From Bigelowiella natans CCMP2755 (lineage: Eukaryota > Protista > Cercozoa), in assembly GCA_000320545.1 (NCBI GenBank), contig ADNK01003018.1, forward strand, positions 1-64,000: a stretch of 64,000 nt of DNA, in the 5' to 3' direction. The position numbers and the translations under genes are program-made. Under the pieces are notes generated by a model. The model saw only the letters and a list, made by a program, of their open reading frames with translations, did not search any database and had not been told where the DNA came from. Shown here piece after piece: positions 55,528 to 64,000 of the stretch (position 1 is the first letter of the stretch; every line of letters begins with the position of its first letter).

Positions 55528-56223
55528 CCCCCCGCCCCCCCCCTCCTTCTGTGTTGTGTTGTGTGATATACTACATATTATTGTCACTGTGTAAATATCC
55601 AGAGATTTACTTGCCGATGCCAGCGCAATATGTTCGGTTTTACCTCAAGGCACCGAGGTATTATCGATCGATCGGTCGTCGTGACCTAATGTTTATTTTC
55701 TTATGCTATTATTAAGTTGTTGAACCGCTGTATATCCCTCCATCTCCATTTTTTGTCTATATATTCTTCTTCTTAGGGACGGCAGTTGGAAATTGTGAGG
55801 AGAGAGATAAGACTTATGCGGCTTCAGGTAGCCAACTCTTAGTAGTGTGGTAGTAGTAGTAGTCGTAGTAGTAGTAGTCGTAGTAGTAGTAGTCGTAGTA
55901 GTAGTAGTAGTAGTCGTGCTGCTGCTACTGCTGTTGCTGCGAAAGCATGATCAAATACTTTATTATTTCATTTATAATTATTAGAACCAGCAAGCATTGC
56001 GGGAGCAAGTAAGAGCAAGCAGAGGAAGAGGTGGAGGAGGAGGAAGTAACGGTGCAGCAGCAGCCAGACGTGGAGCGAGGAGGGACGGACTTAACCCGTC
56101 GTCGCCCTTCTTCCAGTACACTTTACCTCTTACAGCAAAATGGATGGTCATAATGATGGTAGTAAAACTTATTTTAGTTGTGTTGTTATGAGTACCAATA
56201 GGTGGTTGTTTGTTGTGGCAATC

Positions 56224-56259
<36 letters not shown>

Positions 56260-56345
56260 TTGGAAGTACCAGTAGCAGCAGCAGAAACTAATGGAAGAAG
56301 AAGATGATAGTAATGATGATGCCATAAGTTCATACCTACACTCTC

Positions 56346-56384
<39 letters not shown>

Positions 56385-56900
56385 CCTCTCCCTCTATCGT
56401 GAATAATGAATCCTAAAAGGTTTTTACGGTGTGGAGCTTGGTAGATACAAATGCAGTTTCGTATCTTAAATTAGACTGGAACAAAGGTGATAAGTAGTAG
56501 AGATTATATCAGTGATGCGTGAAACACATCGTCAGCATCGTCATTATCATCATCACTACTCATCACCAACAACTGTTATAATGATATTCATATTTGTTCT
56601 TCTATTTCAGTGAGCGAGGGAGAATTTTGGAGGCTGGGCACGACTTTTTTCTCGCTGGGAAACCGATCCAACTTGCTGTAATTATAATCATTAGAAGACC
56701 AATTTCATGTTTTCCCCTGCTCGAACAAATCGTATTATTATTATATCATGTAATAATAATAATCATAATAATAATGATAATATCTCAGGCGATCTGTATT
56801 TTCGCTCTTGCGTTTGTACTTTCTCAAACCTTATGAGCCGACGATTGGAACAAAGAGGTAGGTAGGGTAGGCACTACTACTACTTTCATATATCATCACC

Positions 56901-56933
<33 letters not shown>

Positions 56934-57996
56934 TCATGGCCTCCCTCTCCTTTCACCGATTTACAAAATAATACTAGATACGGTAAAATTCTGGTTTCTG
57001 GCGTTATTATCATGCTCATGTGGAGTTATATGAATCAAGCAACAGCCGTCAAACAGCAGCAGCAGCAGCAGCAGCAGCAGGTCGAGTGAATTGGTAGAAG
57101 GAAGCAGTAATAGTAGTAGTAGGAGGAGGAGTAGGAGTATGATGAATACAGCAGCAAGAAGAAGAAGAGGAAGAAGAAGAAGAAGATCTATATGATCGTC
57201 TGCATCACAATTAACCGTAGTTTTCTCCCTCCCTGTGTAGGATCATGAATTAGACGATTCAGATTTCCTTTCACATTGGCTAATCTGGCACATGTTTGTC
57301 TATTACTGCCTTGAGGTAATATATTTCATTTGTTCGATCTGAGGGGGGGGATGGGGGATGTTTCCACAACCATTCATTACACAAACGGAATGATTTTACA
57401 ATCTTATTGCTCTATTGGTTGTTATTTATTGATATACCATAATAACTTGACACTATCATCATCATCATTATCATGATCATCATTCAGAAACCGCTTCTGT
57501 TTTTGGTATTGCTATGGCTTGTACAATTGGAGGCCATCGTCCAAGCACCGTAAGATCATGATGATGATGATGATGATGATGATGTGTACTACACATATGA
57601 TGAGCCCTACATCACCATAATCATCATCATTGTCATCATCACATCGGTCATCTTAGAATCAATATTGTTGGTCTATGTTATGATCAATAAATATTTCCCA
57701 GATGGCAAAATCTCACCATGTTCCTGATGATGCTCTCTCCTAGGATTCCATACATTGCGGTATCATCTTTGATAGAATGCTTAATTTGCAATAATGATTA
57801 TTTCGGCTGCTGCTGCAACATGGAGTATCGTTCACTGCCGCCTTAATTTAAATTTAATCCTGTCGAAAACAACAACTTTTATGATTTTGTTCTACAGATA
57901 ACTCTCTATAAAAATCTCAACAATTACATGTTCAACGAAGAGCAACGGCATGAAGAACTATTTCATATCAGAACTCGAGTTGTGTTGCGTGGTTGA
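54420..57996 (+). CDS. N-terminal C3HC4 RING E3 ligase fused to a Derlin/rhomboid-like membrane domain
   Basis: CPVC..PVTLKCGHSLCEDC..KCPA|GC RING; downstream exons YLKLDWNK|VSEGEFWRLGTTFFSLG, LYFLKPYEPTIGTKRY and several TM segments; stop TGA 57994-57996. Confidence 0.75.
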
Positions 57997-58069
57997 AATC
58001 TGATAGTATAGACAATGGTCATTTTAATAATAATAGAGAATATAAATTCGGACGTATGTGTATATATCC

Positions 58070-59150
58070 GTTGCAACACGTGTCGCTTTACTTGCATGAA
58101 ACATTACATTGACAAGCTAATTTTCGATCACCACCAAAACAAACCTGCACACGATCGCGGGCGATGCAATCGCAGTCGCGGACTCAAATCTGGTTATCAT
58201 CATCTGCGCACTGCTAGACTGGGCCTCGCAATGATGGTTATTATTATTTCATACACAGCGACGAGCATGACGCTCTAGACGCTACCTTCGGTTTGATGCG
58301 CGCACATTCTAGCATTGCTGCGCATGCTGTAGCGCACAACTGTGCAGTGGCGGTCCATGCAGAGACAATAAGACGATGCAAGTTGTTGAGCGCTGTCGTA
58401 GCCGCTGCATTGCATAGCTACATGTGAGGATATGACCATTGAACGAATTTGATTGATCAGTTGCATCCGTCTTGTGCATGCTAGCATGCTAGCATGCATA
58501 CTAGCATAGCTACATGGCATCACGAAGCCATCGCCGCATGATCGCACATCTAGACATGACCACTTGGCGCTAGATGGCAGTAGCCACAACAGGCTAGCAG
58601 GCTGGCGCAGGCTGTGCAGCGCTTTTCCATGCTCACCTTTCCATCTAGCTAGCCATGCAGCGTCGTGCAGTCAGAAGGAAACCCATCTAGACATTGCATG
58701 CTAGCATGGTTAAGCCAAGCTAGTAAGCTAGCACCGTGTTTTTCCGCAACAACAATATGTGCCACGGCATCGGCATCATACCTACACTATGACACAAATG
58801 GCGTGCAGTGATAGGGTAGCGCAGGTGCAACACATTGCGCGCACAGCTGTGTGTCAATAATGCGCACGCTTTGCATGATGTGACACATGTGGCGCAGCAA
58901 GCAAACCCGCTCTAGCGCTTGATGACGAACATGTCTAGATATATGGACATATATGCAAGCTACGATGCGTAAGACAAAGGCAATAAATAAGCTCATGCAT
59001 AGTACTAGGATGTAGTACGTTACATCGTAGACAAGACGAGGGCGTGGTGGAACACACAGTTGATAATAACACATAATAAGCATCACGTTCTCCAAGAGAA
59101 AGTAAGCCACACAAACATCCACGATTTAGGTGTTGATTGTGCCAGAACAT
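58070..59150. other. Palindrome/RY-rich island G (RING-Derlin / C2-PDZ convergent gap)
   Basis: Perfect 24-bp palindrome TGCATGCTAGCATGCTAGCATGCA at 58475-58498, many GCTAGC. Confidence 0.7.
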
Positions 59151-59185
59151 GTCTTGACGGAAATGTTTTCAATATCGATCTAGAC

Positions 59186-60236
59186 TCAGAATTGAAGCTT
59201 TGCATGTAAAAATATCTTGCAGTGTGTGAATGTTTCGTTGCTCCGTATCGAATAGTCTACTTTGCATTCTGTAGATGTTCTGAACCAACCTTTGTCAACG
59301 TCAATGCCACGATCACCGAACATATTCTCAATCCTATCAATAAAGAAGGAGGTATGAATTGTCAGGAAACAACAGTTTTGGTAGTGGTCTCTAGCATCAT
59401 CCAAAGAATGCAAAGAAGACGACTACACATCATATGCTTATCATTAAGATTAAATTCTCCATTCCTCTGCTCATTTACGGTATCATCATTATACAAACAG
59501 CAGTGGTCCTCTTACCTCCTTCCTGATACTACAACACTCACCTTGGTTCGTGGCGGAATATGCGATCATCCTTTGACATCGAATCTCTGTCGTAGCAGCT
59601 TAAGCATACTATACCAAAACCGTTCTGAGAAGAAATAGAGGGGGGGAGGAGAAGAAGAATGAGCAGAAAGCTAGCTAATAGCAGCTGTATGAATAAATAA
59701 ACAACTAAATAAATAAAGCAAATTTGATAAGCATAAGCAGTACCTGAAGGCATGGGTATCGTCTATCCCGTAGTTTTCCATGCATCATACAAGGAACTAC
59801 CTGTTGTCGTTGTTGTGGTTACTCAATTTTGATGATTACGATAGATGGAAATAATTGTGCAAGAATGTGTTGTACACTCACAACATACTACTACTGAGGA
59901 GGGGGAGAAAAAGGAGGAGTACAAACTTGAATTGGCTGCTTCTGATTTATCTGGAAATCAATGATGGAAGGGCACGGCATTCCTTTAAAAACCTTGCTAA
60001 CGAACAATTCCTTTCTCCTGCAAAGTCAAGAATAATCAGAGGAACAAGCGAGAAACAAGACCAGAAGCAGAATACAAGAAGAAGAACAAGAACAAGAAGG
60101 AGAACATAGAGGAGGACTCAGGAAATAGAATTTAGGTTTTATGATGCCAGAGGATACAGATAGATATTTAAACACACGACGAGAAAGGAGGTACTTGTTC
60201 AATAGTTGGATGATGACTAATTTCTAAGCCAAGATC

Positions 60237-60294
<58 letters not shown>

Positions 60295-61308
60295 TTAATG
60301 GCCGCTTTGTAATTGTTCGTGACATTTTATCATTTGTGTTAGGAGTACTACTTTCTGACGATTGGTCCTCCTATCCGCATGCCAACAGTCCTCTCACCAG
60401 CTTGCTCACACACGTTGGGGGGGGGCACAGATGATGATGATGATGATGATGATGACGATGACGTTGATGATTGAGGAGAAGAACGGACTAACAGCCTAAC
60501 AATTGTATTGTGTTCCAAACCGCGTAACCTGACGACAAGGCAATAGTAATATTATCATCTGAAGAATAAAGAACATGCATCATCATTATCACCATCATCA
60601 TCACTACTAATACTACTATTGCTACTACTGCTACTACCACAACCCCCATAATTAAATGTATTTCTCCGTTTAATCACTTTAACCACTACCAAAGCATCAT
60701 ATCTCCTGCTTTTCCTTTTCTGAAGTTTGCATAATAGGGTTCAAGGACCTGGGTAGTAGCAGTAAATTAGTAGTAGTAGTAGTAGTGGTGGTGGTGGTGG
60801 TGGTGCTGGTGGTGCTCATGGTCTTCGAGATGCTCTCAGTGATAAGTAAGTAAGTAAGGAAGTAAAGTGGTATTAGTATTCGCTATATGAATCAACACAA
60901 TCATTACTTTTACGATACGATCTCCAGCCCTAAGGCCTGACTCTGCTGCAGGTGTGTTTGCAATCACTTCCTTCACACTAAGTAGTAATGTTATTGATGC
61001 TGATTAGTCATGATCGATCATAACAAAAGTAAGTGCTACAAATAAGCATTTTGTTCTTCCTCCTCTTCGTGTTCATATTAGAGGGTTGCGTTGCAATTTT
61101 CTTAGAGGTTGTACTAGTACGTAAGAAGAAGTAATAACGAATAGCTGCATCTCCATCATCATCATCATCATCATCATCATTATTATTATTACGTTATGGT
61201 GCTCGTAGTAGTAGTATCATCTTGTAGAAGAAGGCCATGATGACTGGCCATCGTATGCACGCTAGTACTGAATTTCGAGCATTTCTCCCAGTATTCCACA
61301 AACACCTG

Positions 61309-61340
<32 letters not shown>

Positions 61341-61473
61341 GTGATAGAAGAAGGGATTAAGGTATTAAATAACATACCTTTAGATACGGATCTGTTTTAC
61401 CCTGCTTTGCCCTGCCAAAGATTCCCTACGAATGATGACAACAGAGAGCAAACAACAAAAGGACGATCGACAA

Positions 61474-61505
<32 letters not shown>

Positions 61506-62673
61506 CTTACATGATTCATCACTACTTACTTACTTACTTACTTACACAGTGTTTTTTGGTACTAAAGAAAATCATTCGTACCATTGGCTCAATATGGAAC
61601 AAAAAAAAAAATTAATAATAGTAGTAGTAGGAGTAGTAATAGTTACTCAAGTAATACTACTACTACTAGTAGTAGTACTACTACTAGTACTAATAGTAGT
61701 AGTAGTACCTGGGTGTCTGTTGCTGGTATATTTGCTTTGATATTATAAAATAATATCTTATTCACACGGGGGCAGTAAATCCCACAGTACTTCTTTCTAT
61801 CTTCTGGGCTATCTTTTCCAATGTCTCCCAGCGTTTGCCAGTACCATCCCGACGATGATGATGATGATGGTGATGATAATGCAGCATCATTTTCACGATG
61901 AATCTATTTTATGCAAAAACAACGACAACAACAACAACAACAAAATACATCAAAATGAGGAGCAGAGTTGGTGTTCTGAGTTCTCGTATAATAAGTGGAA
62001 GCAAACAATGGATTTGTAATTTGTTGGCTCTGATTATCATCATCATCATCATCATTATTATTATCATGATTATCAGCAGCATTAGTAGTACCAGACGTGC
62101 TAGATATAGCACTTGACGTGGTTGTTCTTGTTGTTGATGATGATGATCATCCACACAGAATCTAAACTGCTCGGCTCCTAATTCACGAGGATTCTGGTGG
62201 TGGTGGTAAGTAACAGCAGCAGTATTTGAATATTAGATGATGATGATGATGATGATGATGATAGTGGTGGTGATATCATTAACCATCATCCATCAGAAAT
62301 ATTACATTTGATTGGATCGAACGGCAGTAAATGTCCTTCGCTAGTTTCAACCCGAGTTCTTATTGAGTGGCGAGAGGGAGGAAGGGAGGGGGAGAGAACA
62401 TCGTGATAATAGCAACAAAAACAAATACAACAATAACAACAACAACAACAACAAGCTAAGAGGGAAGAGTTCTTCTTTCTCTTCTTCTTCTTCTTCTTCT
62501 TCTAATTCTTACATTCATTAAATTAAAGGCAAGGATGCTACATAGTTACCACTACTACTACTGCCACTACTACTACTATTGTGCTAGTACTTGATGTTGA
62601 TTGAAGGGTAATAACAATCGATTTCACCCAAGGGGGCATTTGTTTGAAATCAACGAGTAGTAAAGCCTTATCG

Positions 62674-62708
<35 letters not shown>

Positions 62709-63091
62709 GCCACCGCCCCTTCCTCTCATCATCATCATTTCACCATGAAGACGATGCACGGACAAAGCAGCTTTTTCGGAAGACAATCCATTCACCCTGT
62801 TGTTGTTGTTGTTGCTGTTGTTGTTGTTATCATTGGGCTTGATGATACTACTACAGTGGGATTTCTGCTTCTACTACTACTACTACTACTACTACTACTT
62901 ATTCTACTACTACACTCGTCTTGTACTATCTATCTATTTGATGATACTACTGATACTACTACATCTACTACTACTACTACTAAATGCTGCTGCTGCTGCT
63001 GCTTCCTGGTTCGCTAACTATGTGTGATTCTATGCAATCCATACACCTGCCACTCAGTACTATTCGATCAACAACATCAATTCAAGAAACC

Positions 63092-63145
<54 letters not shown>

Positions 63146-63659
63146 TTATGTATCATCACTTATTTGTTTCTCTGTATTATTTATTATTTCTGCATACTGG
63201 AAGAACAGATAATGACACGACGTATTAGCTAAAACAATACTCAAGTACAAGGGGCAGTAATTGGCAATCATCATCATCATCATCATCATCATCATATTCC
63301 ATAATGAAGCTACTACCTATCGATGCCAAAAAGCGTATCATTTCTTCCTCCTGGTTTCTTCATGGGGGATAAAGATTTAACTCTCTCCCCATATATATTG
63401 AAAACGTGTACTCCTACTAATACCTTACCCCCACCACCACTATCACCACCAAATAATAACAGCAGCAAGAAACATCGCCAATTATGACACAACAATGATC
63501 AGTAGGTGCTAGTAGTAGATAATGATGATGCTAATAATAATAATAACAACAACAACAACAACCCAGACAATGGTAACAGTGTGTATTATTATTAAAGAGT
63601 AATGATGATGATGATAATGCTTCTCTCACAGTATGGATTGAAACAAACAATAGTAGTAA

Positions 63660-63707
<48 letters not shown>

Positions 63708-64000
63708 GTGCAGTAGATAATAGTAGCAGTTGTTGGCTAGCACTTATACTTGATGTACTTCAACTTTAAAACAACTACTACTTACTGTGACGCTGCTGCT
63801 GCTCCAAAATAGCGGTCATATCTCAATCTATTCCAACCAATAATCAGCGTATGATTATAAGCCGTCTCTTCTTCTTCTCTTCTTTCTTGTCTTATCATCC
63901 TCTGCTTTATATCATGAGCATGATCATCTTGTAGGTCGTCATTTTCCTTCTTCTTCTTCTTCTTCTTCTTGTCCTTTTCCTCCGCATCACCAATCAGTAG
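59186..64000 (-). CDS. Multi-domain protein (TerD-like, PDZ, C2/PTEN-C2-like); 5' part probably outside the window
   Basis: DKALLLVDFKQMPPWVKSIVITL (TerD-like), KTDPYLK|VFV (C2 start), VKEVIANTPAAESGLRAGDRIVK (PDZ), LSCYDRDSMSKDDRI and IHTSFF..DVDKG (C2 end). Confidence 0.6.

Noticed and set aside
42793-59570. Identical peptide DDRIFRHEP in the PEBP exon (+, about 42793) and the C2 exon (-, about 59545-59570), with only synonymous DNA differences
   Set aside because: Each fits its own domain context (EPxVxW in PEBP, SKDDxI in C2) and flanks share no homology; most likely coincidence
7583-63743. Many short ORFs with poly-L/V/S/M/Y/I tracts
   Set aside because: Translations of intronic trinucleotide microsatellites, often open on both strands

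Overview
Left end of a linear eukaryotic chromosome: (TAACCC)n telomere at 1-95, then about 12 spliced protein-coding genes (standard code, GT-AG introns) and a U6 snRNA gene. Gene models were assembled by eye, so outer boundaries are approximate. In order: P4-ATPase flippase with an inserted EF-hand pair (-); unknown multi-pass membrane protein (+); NHL-repeat protein (+); SNF1/AMPK/MARK-like kinase (-); SDHAF2/Sdh5 (+); a single-polypeptide GT25 + NodZ/GT23-like + GT15 glycosyltransferase (-); PEBP-domain protein (+); TMEM97/EXPERA protein (-); CmcJ/NvfI-like 2OG-Fe(II) oxygenase (+); small hypothetical gene (-); U6; RING + Derlin-like protein (+); TerD-like/PDZ/C2 protein running off the window (-). 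Most short ORFs in the track are microsatellite artefacts. Two non-genic patterns stand out. (1) A 0.3-1.2 kb island rich in short palindromes and purine-pyrimidine alternation (GCTAGC, CATG, TGCA, GCGC) follows every Pol II gene 3' end, including the one facing the telomere, and is absent from head-to-head promoter gaps and from U6. (2) Microsatellite-filled introns repeatedly form inverted repeats that bracket single small exons or fold within an intron. The organism looks like an intron-rich protist; it cannot be identified from this window.
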